DNA of 64,000 bases from Dehalococcoidia bacterium (lineage in GTDB: Bacteria; Chloroflexota; Dehalococcoidia; GIF9; AB-539-J10). The first letter of the stretch is position 1; every line of letters starts with the position of its first letter. The stretch spans positions 153-64,152 of the forward strand of contig JAUWQY010000006.1 in the NCBI GenBank assembly GCA_030610855.1. Reading direction: 5' to 3'. A model generated the notes under the pieces. The model did not search any database. It saw only the letters and a list, made by a program, of their open reading frames with translations, and was not told where the DNA came from. Position numbers and translations under genes: made by a program. Positions 6,807 to 16,067 of the stretch are shown one piece after another.

Positions 6807-8240
6807 TCACTTCTCTCCCTGCCACCACTTCTTCAACCTGGCGGCAATCTCTTTCTCATAGCCCTGGTCACTGGGAAGGTAATAGCGTTTTCCCTGGAGC
6901 GAGGGTGGCAGGTTCTGTTGCCTGACGAAATGGTCGGGATAGTCGTGGGCGTATTTGTAGCCCTTCCCATATCCCGTCCGGCGCATCAGGTCGGTTACCG
7001 GGTTGCGTAAATGGAGCGGCACCGGCTCATTTCTGCCCTGCTGTATATCCCGTCGCACCCGGGAATAAGCCAGGTATAACGAGTTGCTTTTGGCGGCGGT
7101 GGCCAGATAGACCACCGCCTGCGCCAGAGCCAGGTTGCCTTCCGGTACGCCCACGAAGTGCACTGCTTGCTGAGCGGCTACTGCTATTACCAGCGCTTGA
7201 GGGTCAGCAACGCCAACATCTTCGGAAGCAAAGCGTACGAGGCGGCGAGCGATGTAGAGAGGGTCTTCACCGGCTTCAAGCATGCGTCCCAGCCAGTACA
7301 AAGCGGCGTCCGGATCCGAGCCCCGTAGCGACTTATGCAGTGCCGAAATCACATCATAATGCTGGTCACCGCTCTTGTCATAAAGCAAGGCACGGTGCTG
7401 CAATGCCTGCTCAATGGCCGACAGGTCAATCGACTGCAAACCTTCACCATCAGGCAAGGCAGCAAAAGCCGCCATCTCCAAAGCGTTCAATGCCACGCGA
7501 GCATCCCCGCTGGACGCGGTCACCAGATGGCTCAGAGCCTCCTCGCTTATGCCAATCCGGAGCTTCCCCAGTCCTCTTTCTCCATTCTTGATGGCTCGCT
7601 CCACGATGAGCCGGATATCTTCGTCCCTCAGTAGATTCAGCGGGAAAACCCGGGAGCGAGAAAGAAGCGGAGCGATGACTTCGAACGAAGGGTTTTCCGT
7701 GGTTGCCCCGATGAAAGTCACCGTTCCGCTTTCCACAAAAGGCAATATTGCATCCTGCTGTGCCTTGTTGAAGCGGTGGATCTCATCAATGAATAGAATC
7801 GTCCTCTGTCCTGATAACTTCAGCCTCCTCTTCGCTTCCTCAATAACCCGCCGCAAATCAGCTACCCCGGCACTCACGGCACTCAAAGAGCTGAAATGCC
7901 CCCTGGTGATGTTGGCGATAATGTGAGCCAGAGTCGTCTTGCCGCTGCCCGGCGGTCCCCAGAAGATCATAGATGGTAGCCGATCTGCCTCTATACATTT
8001 GCGGAATACCTGCCCCGCGGCAACTAAATGCTCTTGCCCCACGAACTCGTCGAAGGTCTGCGGCCGCATCCTTGCCGCCAGGGGCATGCTGTCAGGCAAG
8101 GCCTTTTCTTCCGGCTGGTCAAAAAGAGGCATCCTCTCCATTAGACTGCACCGCAGAGTTTCATTGCAGGAGACAGTTTCACCAATCCCTGTATCATCGC
8201 AAGGCATCCCGAGCACAACCGAGGGAACTCGCCGAAGCAA
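6807..8240 (-). CDS. rarA: Replication-associated recombination protein A (AAA+ ATPase RarA/MgsA).
   Basis: Walker A GPPGSGKTTLAHIIA; Walker B ILFIDEIHRFNKAQQDA; the C-terminal MgsA helical domain is present. The true start may be an internal Met (MERMPLFDQ). Confidence 0.9.
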   Translation of the reverse strand: MLRRVPSVVLGMPCDDTGIGETVSCNETLRCSLMERMPLFDQPEEKALPDSMPLAARMRPQTFDEFVGQEHLVAAGQVFRKCIEADRLPSMIFWGPPGSGKTTLAHIIANITRGHFSSLSAVSAGVADLRRVIEEAKRRLKLSGQRTILFIDEIHRFNKAQQDAILPFVESGTVTFIGATTENPSFEVIAPLLSRSRVFPLNLLRDEDIRLIVERAIKNGERGLGKLRIGISEEALSHLVTASSGDARVALNALEMAAFAALPDGEGLQSIDLSAIEQALQHRALLYDKSGDQHYDVISALHKSLRGSDPDAALYWLGRMLEAGEDPLYIARRLVRFASEDVGVADPQALVIAVAAQQAVHFVGVPEGNLALAQAVVYLATAAKSNSLYLAYSRVRRDIQQGRNEPVPLHLRNPVTDLMRRTGYGKGYKYAHDYPDHFVRQQNLPPSLQGKRYYLPSDQGYEKEIAARLKKWWQGEK

Positions 8241-8274
8241 TGGCGATTCGAGTTTCTAAGTAGTCTCGACCCCT

Positions 8275-8799
8275 TCACTTGAATCTTCTTACCTGAAAGC
8301 GATAGAGACTGACCGGCTCGCCGGTTGATATTCTGGCCTTGAGCCGGCAGATGACAATTTGCTCTTCGACGCTATCGACCCCCTCCAGGTCGGGCAGCAG
8401 GAGTCCCTTTTTCAAACCGTTTTCCACGATGACGCCATATTTCCTGTGATCAAGCTGGCTGATATCCGTGACCGGGGCAGGCTCAGTAAGAATATCGACG
8501 CCGTATTCCAGGTCCTCAAGCTCAGACACAGCTACCGGGGGGAAGCGGGGGTCTCTGGTAGATGAGCTGATTGCATTGGCGATTATCTCGTCGGCCACAT
8601 TCTCCCTCATCGGCTCGAAGGTACCGATGCATCCTCTCAACTCGCCGTGCTTATGCAGGGAAACAAAAACTCCCGCCCGCTCTCTCATCTCCGGAGTCAA
8701 CTCGCGCTGCTCGATGATTTCGCCCTTCCGCACATAGCTTTCCACAGCCTCTTTGGCCAGTTTCACAACAGGATGAAGTCCCTCTTCTGTCATACGCAC
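8275..8799 (-). CDS. AMMECR1 domain protein (AmmeMemoRadiSam system component).
   Basis: Has the RGCIGTFEP motif. It is 174 aa and adjacent to the AMMECR1-associated radical SAM enzyme. Confidence 0.85.
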   Translation of the reverse strand: MRMTEEGLHPVVKLAKEAVESYVRKGEIIEQRELTPEMRERAGVFVSLHKHGELRGCIGTFEPMRENVADEIIANAISSSTRDPRFPPVAVSELEDLEYGVDILTEPAPVTDISQLDHRKYGVIVENGLKKGLLLPDLEGVDSVEEQIVICRLKARISTGEPVSLYRFQVRRFK

Positions 8800-8930
8800 C
8801 TCGCATCCCTCACCCTTTTCCTTTCCCTGGACGGGAGAGCATCGAGGCGAGGGTTGACACTTACACTACAGTCTATCTTGCCACTTCCAAGACTCTTGCT
8901 GCATCTCAGAACCCCCCTGTTCGCGTCCAA

Positions 8931-9038
8931 CCTGTAGTTGCTCCGATGCAATCGGGGCTGCCCAATGGATTGGGCAAATACGATCCTGACCTTTCTCCAT
9001 CGTTCCCGTATAATCTGTAGTTGCCTGATTTATCAGGC
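8931..9038. repeat. Two tgtagttgc-[hairpin] repeats (third subtype) between AMMECR1 and the radical SAM gene.
   Basis: ctgtagttgc-tccgatgcaatcgg-ggctgcccaatggattgggc at 8931-8977, and ctgtagttgc-ctgatttatcagg at 9015-9038. The same head, tgtagttgctccgat, appears at 2203-2236. Confidence 0.6.
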
Positions 9039-10055
9039 GATTCGTGGCATCCGGAAGTTAAGCCCCGCCCCGCAGAACTTGCACTGCGAGCCGTCCAGCC
9101 CCACAACACGGGTATCATAGCCAATGCGACGGACGACCGTCTTCCCACAAGAATAGCACACAGTGTCCTCATACTCGTGCCCCGGCACGTTGCCCAGATA
9201 GACAAATCTCAGCCCTGCCTCTTTCCCGATTCCATACGCCCTTTCCAACGTGGACACCGGCGTAGCCGACAGATGAGTGAACTCATGCAGAGGATGGAAG
9301 CGAGTTACATGCCAGGGAGTTAACTCGCCCAGTGCATCTCGAATCCAGCCGGCAATACCTCGAAGTTGCTCCTCATCGTCATTCATCCCGGGAACGATGT
9401 TGGTAACCACCTCGACATGCATATCCCATTTCTCTCTTGCCCGCCTGGCTACCTCCAGAATACCCCGCCACTGGGAGATTCCGGCCAACTTGCGATAGAA
9501 TCCGTCACTGAAGCCCTTGACATCAACCCTCCATGCGTCAAGCCAGGGTCCTATCGTATCGAGAGCTTCAGGCGTGGCATAGCCATTGGTCACATAGACG
9601 GTGTATAGATTGCTTTCCTTGGCCAGCCTGGCTGAATCCAGGGTGTATTCAAACGAGATAGCGGGCTCGTTATAGGTCCAGGCAATGCCCTGGCAATCGT
9701 ATCTCCTGGCTAGCTCTATCTCTCTCTCCGGGAGCAATTGCTGAGAATGGGGCGGCATATCAGCACAGGAGATCTCCCAGTTCTGGCATCCTTTACAGCG
9801 GAAATTACATCCCCAACTGCCCAAAGAGAAGGCATAAGTGCCGGGAAAGAAATGAAACAGAGGTTTCTTCTCAATGTGGTCTGCCGCCATCGAGGATACC
9901 TCGGCATAGTTCATGGCATACAGAGTGCCATCCCGATTGATGCGCATACGGCAGACGCCAAGCTTACCGGGATTAACAAGGCACCTCCACTGGCAAACAT
10001 GGCACCTCACCCTGCCCCCGGGGAGTGTCTCATAGAGCAGAGCCTCCCTTTCCAT
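9033..10055 (-). CDS. AmmeMemoRadiSam system radical SAM enzyme.
   Basis: The N-terminal Cys cluster is CHVCQWRC...C, the SAM cluster is CNFRCKGCQNW, and the C-terminal cluster is CYSCG...CKFCG. This architecture is typical of the AMMECR1-associated radical SAM family (TIGR04337-like). Confidence 0.85.
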   Translation of the reverse strand: MEREALLYETLPGGRVRCHVCQWRCLVNPGKLGVCRMRINRDGTLYAMNYAEVSSMAADHIEKKPLFHFFPGTYAFSLGSWGCNFRCKGCQNWEISCADMPPHSQQLLPEREIELARRYDCQGIAWTYNEPAISFEYTLDSARLAKESNLYTVYVTNGYATPEALDTIGPWLDAWRVDVKGFSDGFYRKLAGISQWRGILEVARRAREKWDMHVEVVTNIVPGMNDDEEQLRGIAGWIRDALGELTPWHVTRFHPLHEFTHLSATPVSTLERAYGIGKEAGLRFVYLGNVPGHEYEDTVCYSCGKTVVRRIGYDTRVVGLDGSQCKFCGAGLNFRMPRIA

Positions 10056-10226
10056 CCCCTATCATTATACCACCGCGGACTACCCCACCTAAATCACAGC
10101 CTCGACCCTAATTCCACAGGAAGTCCCACTACGTTAATGGAAAGGGGCCAACAACCCAGTTTGTGGTGCGAGTTCTCAGGGTTACGTCCCATCCCCTGGC
10201 TTCCCCACCAGAGAGGAAAACCTACG

Positions 10227-11126
10227 TTATCTGCTGATAAACGTGTTTATAATCCCTTCAAAAGGTGATAGGCTCCCATGAAGTTGGTCGATTTCCTCTG
10301 GACTCAATACTGTGAGGGCGTTAGCTATCTCGGCAAACGCTCCACTAGAAAGAAGCTCCCCTGCTTTATTCTGGTCTTCTGATGTGGTTACGACGAGGAA
10401 GAGGAGAGGATGGCCCATAGTATGGTATCCGTGCAGCAGTTTGGCTAGTGCACTCTCTAGAGTGCCCTTGTGTTGAACTTCGAAGACATGACTTACTCCC
10501 TGTACCCGTTGAGAGCTTTTCCACACGACATCATAAATGTAGAAGCCTTTGCGGTACTCTCCTTTAGCATATCTTCCTAGAATCTTACCGATTTCCTTAA
10601 TTTTTCTCTGAATCTCTTCATGTGTGTAGGTTTGCTCGTCTCTCACTACCGTTGGTTTTCCAACTCCCTTATACCCCAGCTCCGCTGCCAGCTCTCTGTA
10701 AGAAAGAGTCTCCGCCTTGTTCCAGAGTGCCTCGTTGAGTTCACCTCTTCGCCCCTTTGTTACTAGTAAACACAGCTTTGAAATGCCAATCTTAATCAAA
10801 CGGTCTTTTGGGGGCGCTATGGGAGTGGTCGACAATCGGTAAATATTCATGAGGCGTGTCGCCCAAGAGTAGGAGTTGTTGAAGGGTAAGCTGTATTGCA
10901 CATATTCCATGAAGTTCCCGTAACCGAGAACCCGCCAATAACGCCCTTCAGAGCATTCGGTTAGTAGTCTTCCGATTTGTAGAAAATCGTGCATCACTTC
11001 CGCAACAAGTCGGATTGTCTCTTCACGGTTCCGACGCGCTTGCTCACGGATGTCTGCTTGCGGAACTATCTGCATAGACTGAAGCCTACAGGTATACCTT
11101 GTATTGCTCAATGTAAAGTATACCAC
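10227..11126 (-). CDS. Hypothetical protein with a C-terminal PD-(D/E)xK nuclease-fold motif, in a low-GC islet. Probable start is the internal Met at 11078.
   Basis: GFYIYDVVW...VFEVQHKG supplies Asp and E-x-K on adjacent predicted strands, followed by LLFLVVTTSED. The N-terminal half is helical and HTH-like. Local GC is ~47%, against ~57% in the neighbours. It is a single gene inserted between the radical SAM gene and an ABC substrate-binding-protein gene. Confidence 0.5.
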   Translation of the reverse strand: MVYFTLSNTRYTCRLQSMQIVPQADIREQARRNREETIRLVAEVMHDFLQIGRLLTECSEGRYWRVLGYGNFMEYVQYSLPFNNSYSWATRLMNIYRLSTTPIAPPKDRLIKIGISKLCLLVTKGRRGELNEALWNKAETLSYRELAAELGYKGVGKPTVVRDEQTYTHEEIQRKIKEIGKILGRYAKGEYRKGFYIYDVVWKSSQRVQGVSHVFEVQHKGTLESALAKLLHGYHTMGHPLLFLVVTTSEDQNKAGELLSSGAFAEIANALTVLSPEEIDQLHGSLSPFEGIINTFISR

Positions 11127-11288
11127 AAACGACCCATTCTGGCTCTCGCAACCTTGTCTGGGTTCCGTGAGGCGGGCTGTTTAGTATCTTCCCCTAGGCC
11201 TATCACGCCCAATAATCACGATAACGTTCGTAGGGCAGCATTTTATGTGCCTCCATCTCCGGCGGGGAATAAATCCCCGCCCCCCAAG

Positions 11289-12887
11289 CTAGGGCTGTTC
11301 CACGTAAACCTGGCTCAGGTTGGGAATACCCAGTAGACCAAGCTCATAGCCTGTAACATAGGGTCTGACCAGGATGTAGTTTGCGCCGTGCCACAGAGGC
11401 AGGCAAGGAGCCTCATCAACCACCATTTGCTCAGCCTGCCGGTACATAGTCAGGCGGGCGGTATTATCCTGTTCTATGGCCGCCTGGTAAAGCAAAGCAT
11501 CCAAGTCGGGGTTGCTGTATTCAAAGGCATTGTTCTCGCTTCCGGTAAGAAAGAGGATATCCAGGAAATTGTGCGGGTCCGGGTAATCGGCTATCCAGCC
11601 CAGCACAAACATCTCATCCTTCTCTTGCTTCAGGTTGTAGACAAAATTCTCTGGTTCCAGTTGCCTGACCGAGACTTCCACGCCGAGGTTTTGCTGCCAT
11701 TCCTCGATAATCGCGCCCAGGTAGTCGGGAATGTAATTGCCATAGCCGGCAACAGTCAAGGTGATAGGAGGCAAGTTCGAGGCTTCACCATACCGTGAGG
11801 CGGCGATGAGTTCTTTCGCCTTTTCCACATCGTAGTCCAGTCCCTCGAGACCCTCGTCATAGCCAGGCATACCCGGTGGCAAAATCCCCCTGGCCTCATT
11901 CGCCATGTCACTCAATACCAGTTTGGCGATGCGCTCTCTATCAACAGCATGAGAAAAGGCCCGCCGAACATTAACGTCGTCGAAAGGAGGTTCGGCAGTA
12001 TTAAAGCCAACATAATAAAGGCTGAGCTCAGACGTTACGGCTAACTCCGCGTAGAACGGGCTGGTCTCGTCACGCACCCGGTGAATATAACCCCCGTATA
12101 CCGGAACGACGTCGATGTACCCCAGTTCATACATGGGCATAGGCGGACCGGCAAGATAATAGACGACGTGCTCCACTTCGGCCGGATCGCCGTAGTAGGT
12201 TTCGTTACGCTCCAGAATCAACCACTCGCCGGCCTGCCATTCCTTTAGCTTAAACGGCCCCGTTCCGTCTGGTTCGCACCACCAGTCTGTCCGGACCTCC
12301 GCATTGGCTCTGTCAACAACAAAAGCAGTAGGATAAGCCAGCTTGCTCAGGAAATAAGCCCTGGGAGCATCAATGGTGACACGAAGAGTGTAATCATCGA
12401 TTACTTCGACCCCGGAGATCTCTCCCGTTTTTCCCGCCAGCATATCGCTGGCGCCAATGATATCTCCCAGATAGGTAGCCGCCGTGCCAGAGCCAGTATC
12501 CGGGTGGCAGGCTCGCTCCCAGGAGTATTTGAAGTCGGCGGCTTTCACTTCTCTGCCGCTATGAAATTTCACTCCCTGGCGCAGGTAGAAGGTATACGTT
12601 CTGCCGTCAGGGCTTTTCTCCCAGCTCTCAGCGATATCGGGTACTGTCCTCAGCTCATGGTCCAGACGAACCAGGCCGGAGAAGATATGCACGACATAGG
12701 TATAGGAAGAGAAGTCGGCAGCAATCGCCGGGTCGAGCGTTATGGGGCCCGCGTCCCAGAGACGAAGGACGCTGTCTCCGCTGCCCAAAGGAGGACAGCC
12801 CGCCAACGAAAGCAGAAAGAAGGCGAGAACAAGTGAGAGCAATACTATGTGCCGATTTCTTCTTCTACAGAAACAACTTGACTTCAT
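11289..12887 (-). CDS. ABC transporter substrate-binding lipoprotein, family 5 (peptide/nickel/oligopeptide).
   Basis: Lipobox LLSLAGC; length 532 aa; SBP_bac_5-like sequence throughout. Confidence 0.85.
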   Translation of the reverse strand: MKSSCFCRRRNRHIVLLSLVLAFFLLSLAGCPPLGSGDSVLRLWDAGPITLDPAIAADFSSYTYVVHIFSGLVRLDHELRTVPDIAESWEKSPDGRTYTFYLRQGVKFHSGREVKAADFKYSWERACHPDTGSGTAATYLGDIIGASDMLAGKTGEISGVEVIDDYTLRVTIDAPRAYFLSKLAYPTAFVVDRANAEVRTDWWCEPDGTGPFKLKEWQAGEWLILERNETYYGDPAEVEHVVYYLAGPPMPMYELGYIDVVPVYGGYIHRVRDETSPFYAELAVTSELSLYYVGFNTAEPPFDDVNVRRAFSHAVDRERIAKLVLSDMANEARGILPPGMPGYDEGLEGLDYDVEKAKELIAASRYGEASNLPPITLTVAGYGNYIPDYLGAIIEEWQQNLGVEVSVRQLEPENFVYNLKQEKDEMFVLGWIADYPDPHNFLDILFLTGSENNAFEYSNPDLDALLYQAAIEQDNTARLTMYRQAEQMVVDEAPCLPLWHGANYILVRPYVTGYELGLLGIPNLSQVYVEQP

Positions 12888-12941
12888 CGTCCTGCCAATA
12901 CCTGTTTTCCTTGATTGATCTAGAACAAACTCGGTACTCCT

Positions 12942-13589
12942 TTACCAGATGACAGTGATCCGCGTTATCGTGTCATCATAGTCGGGCGTAGCCATATAAT
13001 GGCCTGGCGGCGCCTTGACGCACTGGTAATAACGCCTGCCGATCTCAAGCTCGACCTCCCAATCGAACTGCGGCTCGATGAAGACCAACCCTGCATCGGT
13101 AGTATCAAAGGCAACAATAGCATGCCCGCTTCCCCCACGGTGTTCAATACCGACATAAGCGCAGCGGATCCCTTCCCCTGCAGCATTCGCCTTGACATCG
13201 GCAGCAAAATCAACACACGCGTACTCATTTTCTGCGTACTCCCGCTCGCTTGTCTCGTCCCTAGCCAGGAAATCGCTCACCTCCCGGTAGGTCGGGTCTC
13301 TTAGTACATAACTATATCCTGCGGTCAGCCTGGCATAGTTAACCTGCAGGTTAGACAGCGTGGCTTCAAGATATTCGACAAACTCTTCTGTCGTGTTTAG
13401 TTCAGTTGTAGCAGTTGCTAGTTCAGTACGTATCGTGGCTAGCTCCATTTCCGCATCCAGCAACCGAGTTTGTGTCTCATTCAGCTCATTTGACACCCAG
13501 GCTGTGGCGACAAGAGACACAATAGCTACGGCTGCCAGAACTACAATGGCAAGCCCAAATTTGCTGTGGGAATGTCTATCGATCATCAT
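12942..13589 (-). CDS. Membrane-anchored coiled-coil protein with a C-terminal transglutaminase-like cysteine protease domain.
   Basis: The probable start is the internal MMIDRH. The TM segment is FGLAIVVLAAVAIVSLVATAWV. A coiled coil follows (ETQTRLLDAEMELATIRTELATATTEL). The core YACVDFA...GSGHAIVAF...IEPQFD fits the Cys-His-Asp TGase-like pattern. Confidence 0.55.
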   Translation of the reverse strand: MMIDRHSHSKFGLAIVVLAAVAIVSLVATAWVSNELNETQTRLLDAEMELATIRTELATATTELNTTEEFVEYLEATLSNLQVNYARLTAGYSYVLRDPTYREVSDFLARDETSEREYAENEYACVDFAADVKANAAGEGIRCAYVGIEHRGGSGHAIVAFDTTDAGLVFIEPQFDWEVELEIGRRYYQCVKAPPGHYMATPDYDDTITRITVIW

Positions 13590-14022
13590 TGTCAGCACCT
13601 CCAAGTATCGCTTCCAATGCGGAGAACAACTGAGCCGGGTTTTCTGAATTCTGTGCCAGTTTCTCAAACGGACACAGGCCCGTACCGGCGCTGTCAGAGA
13701 TATAAGGAACCACATTCTTGCTACTGACGGTCACCCCTTGTCTCCTCAGGATGTCAATTGCCGCCTGGCTTGCTGTACCAGCATATACAGCTGCTACCCG
13801 GGCATGAACGCAAAGCATAGCTATGGCTGAGCCGACTATGCGGTCAGCCGCTGCGGCATTATGTAAGCTCTTCTCCATGCTCCGAACAGCTCGAAAGAAG
13901 GGAGCTACCCCGCGCTCTTTGGAACTGAAGATGATCTGCCCATTCTTCACTATGACGAGATTCCATTTCTCTTCCTCGAGAAGAGAGCCGGCCAACTCTA
14001 AATCTTCCATGCCTTTCCCCAT
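13576..14022 (-). CDS. Conserved hypothetical protein (DUF1893/TM1506-like, low certainty).
   Basis: 148 aa, soluble. No motifs recognised with certainty. It overlaps the downstream gene by 14 bp, which suggests an operon. Confidence 0.45.
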   Translation of the reverse strand: MGKGMEDLELAGSLLEEEKWNLVIVKNGQIIFSSKERGVAPFFRAVRSMEKSLHNAAAADRIVGSAIAMLCVHARVAAVYAGTASQAAIDILRRQGVTVSSKNVVPYISDSAGTGLCPFEKLAQNSENPAQLFSALEAILGGADNDDR

Positions 14023-14138
14023 TCCATTGCGATAATCACACGTAAACTATCAAGGATCAGGTCCTGTTACATCCAGCCCGAATCTGTAAATGCGACCCTT
14101 GAATTCAGTCTTGAATCTGGCCCCGTCATTTTACATAG

Positions 14139-15260
14139 TCATCTTTGCTCTGTGAGTTGGTATTCCATACTGCCCAGGCCAAGCTCCTGAGCAACCCGTA
14201 TTTGACACAGGCTATCCGCATCGTTGATCCTGCCCAGAATATCAGGAGAGCTCACCCGGGCGTATTTCCCTACTGGCTTGCTTTGAGCAATCAGGTCCAG
14301 AGATGCCTTGTCAACAGCTACGACATCTGTGGATGAGAGAATGCCGATATCGGGAACTACGGGCAGACCCGACGGCGCAACACAGTCACACAATGGCGTT
14401 ACATCCTGGACGAAATTGATGAAAGCTACCTTGGAGTGAAACCGGCTTAGCACCCCGGCGGCAGAATGAGCCAGATTGACTGAGAGCTTCTCCTTAGCCC
14501 GGGGAGGCAAGGCAAAAACCTCCTCTTTGCAGAGAAAGAGGCACCGATTACAACTCATGCATTTCTCTTCGTCACGCACCATTCTTTCCTCAAGCAAAGA
14601 CAGAGCTCTGTAGAGGCAGACTTCAACACACTCTCCACAGCCCGTGCACTTAGAGAAGTCGATGAGACCGCGATTTGCCCTGTGCTGAGCGGCCTTCGAT
14701 TCCTTGGTAACGCAGCCCATAGCCACATTCTTGATGGAGCCGCCAAAGCCAGCTAGAGGATGCCCTTTCACATGAGAAAGCACTATCATACAGTCGGCAT
14801 CCCAAATCTTCCTGGCTATCTTTATCTTGTCTAGACGACAATCATGAACCCGTGTAGGGATATCCACCCACTCGCCATCATAGCCCTGCTCTCCATCAGC
14901 GATAATGATAGGCGTTCCCACCGATTCCTCGGTGAAGCCATTAAAAGCTGCCGTCGTCAGATACTGTCCGGCGGTAAATCTGCCTCCGGGATAAAGAGTA
15001 GTGGTATCAGTGACAAATGGTCTAGCTCCAGCTTCTTTAACCAAATCACACACTCGGCGCACTAACGGCGGGCGAAGGTAAGCACTACCACCGTACTCTC
15101 CCATATGAACCTTCACTGCCACAGAATCACCCGTAGAGACGACATCTGCTACTCTAGAGAAAAGGGTTCTCAGCTCTCTGAGGAAAGCCCTGTTTCTGCT
15201 ATATGGAAAGAAGAAGACCTCGCTCCTTTGGCTAGCCTTCATGTCACTGGCTCCCTTCAC
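14139..15260 (-). CDS. DUF362-family protein with an inserted 2x[4Fe-4S] ferredoxin domain.
   Basis: CTGCGECVEVC and CMSCNRCLFLC ferredoxin motifs lie within a DUF362-like 373-aa frame. Confidence 0.7.
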   Translation of the reverse strand: MKGASDMKASQRSEVFFFPYSRNRAFLRELRTLFSRVADVVSTGDSVAVKVHMGEYGGSAYLRPPLVRRVCDLVKEAGARPFVTDTTTLYPGGRFTAGQYLTTAAFNGFTEESVGTPIIIADGEQGYDGEWVDIPTRVHDCRLDKIKIARKIWDADCMIVLSHVKGHPLAGFGGSIKNVAMGCVTKESKAAQHRANRGLIDFSKCTGCGECVEVCLYRALSLLEERMVRDEEKCMSCNRCLFLCKEEVFALPPRAKEKLSVNLAHSAAGVLSRFHSKVAFINFVQDVTPLCDCVAPSGLPVVPDIGILSSTDVVAVDKASLDLIAQSKPVGKYARVSSPDILGRINDADSLCQIRVAQELGLGSMEYQLTEQR

Positions 15261-15360
15261 TCGCCTTCATAACACTCGCCTGCCCGATAGTATATCCCAC
15301 GAATCGAGACACGGTACAATGCACACCTGAAGAGTGTCTACTTGCCATTTGCACCTGCAC

Positions 15361-16050
15361 TCAGAGCAAATTCCTGGCTTTCAGGCTCAGAAAACTCGCA
15401 TCGCAGACGACGATGTGGTCAAGGACCTCGATGCCCATTATTTCACCGGCCTTCACCAGCCTCCCGGTTAGCTCGACATCCTCTTTTGACGGCTCGGGGT
15501 CGCCAGAAGGATGATTGTGTACGAAGATTACGGAAGCGGCGGAGGAGGAAACGGCTTCCTTGAATACCTCGCGGGGATGGACAACGCTCGTATCCAGGCT
15601 GCCTATGGAAACCGGCCTGCAACTTATCAGCCTGTTTCGTGTGTCCACACAAAGTACCAGGAAGTGTTCCTTCTTCTTGCCTTTCAACTGGCTCCTCACT
15701 ACGCCAACCACATCCTCAGGAGACTTCATCAGCACCCTGGGCTTCTCATCGGCATCGGCTTCCAGCCTCTTACTCAACTCAAGGGCAGCCTTGATTTGAG
15801 TTGCCTTAGCCAAACCAATCCCGTTTATCTCTCTTAACTCCTCCACAGAGGCATTGGCAACGCCTTTGAGACTGCCAAACCGGCTCAGCAGCTTCTGGCT
15901 GGTCACCATGACTGACTCACCTCTGCTCCCTCGCCCCAGAATTAGAGCCAGGATCTCCTGGGCAGAGAGAGCTTCGCTCCCCAGCTTCAGTAGCCTCTCC
16001 CTGGGACGTTCGCTAAGCGGTAAGTCGCGAACCGTAAAGGAGTCCTTCAT
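15361..16050 (-). CDS. radC: RadC-like JAB/MPN domain protein (UPF0758).
   Basis: N-terminal HhH (ILALILGRG). JAMM motif HNHPSGDPEPSKEDVELT. Confidence 0.85.
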   Translation of the reverse strand: MKDSFTVRDLPLSERPRERLLKLGSEALSAQEILALILGRGSRGESVMVTSQKLLSRFGSLKGVANASVEELREINGIGLAKATQIKAALELSKRLEADADEKPRVLMKSPEDVVGVVRSQLKGKKKEHFLVLCVDTRNRLISCRPVSIGSLDTSVVHPREVFKEAVSSSAASVIFVHNHPSGDPEPSKEDVELTGRLVKAGEIMGIEVLDHIVVCDASFLSLKARNLL

Positions 16051-16067
16051 AGTCTATCTTCTTCCGG

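Noticed and set aside
7335-7926. Plus-strand ORFs (up to 170 aa) inside rarA.
   Set aside because: They are antisense to a well-supported AAA+ gene.
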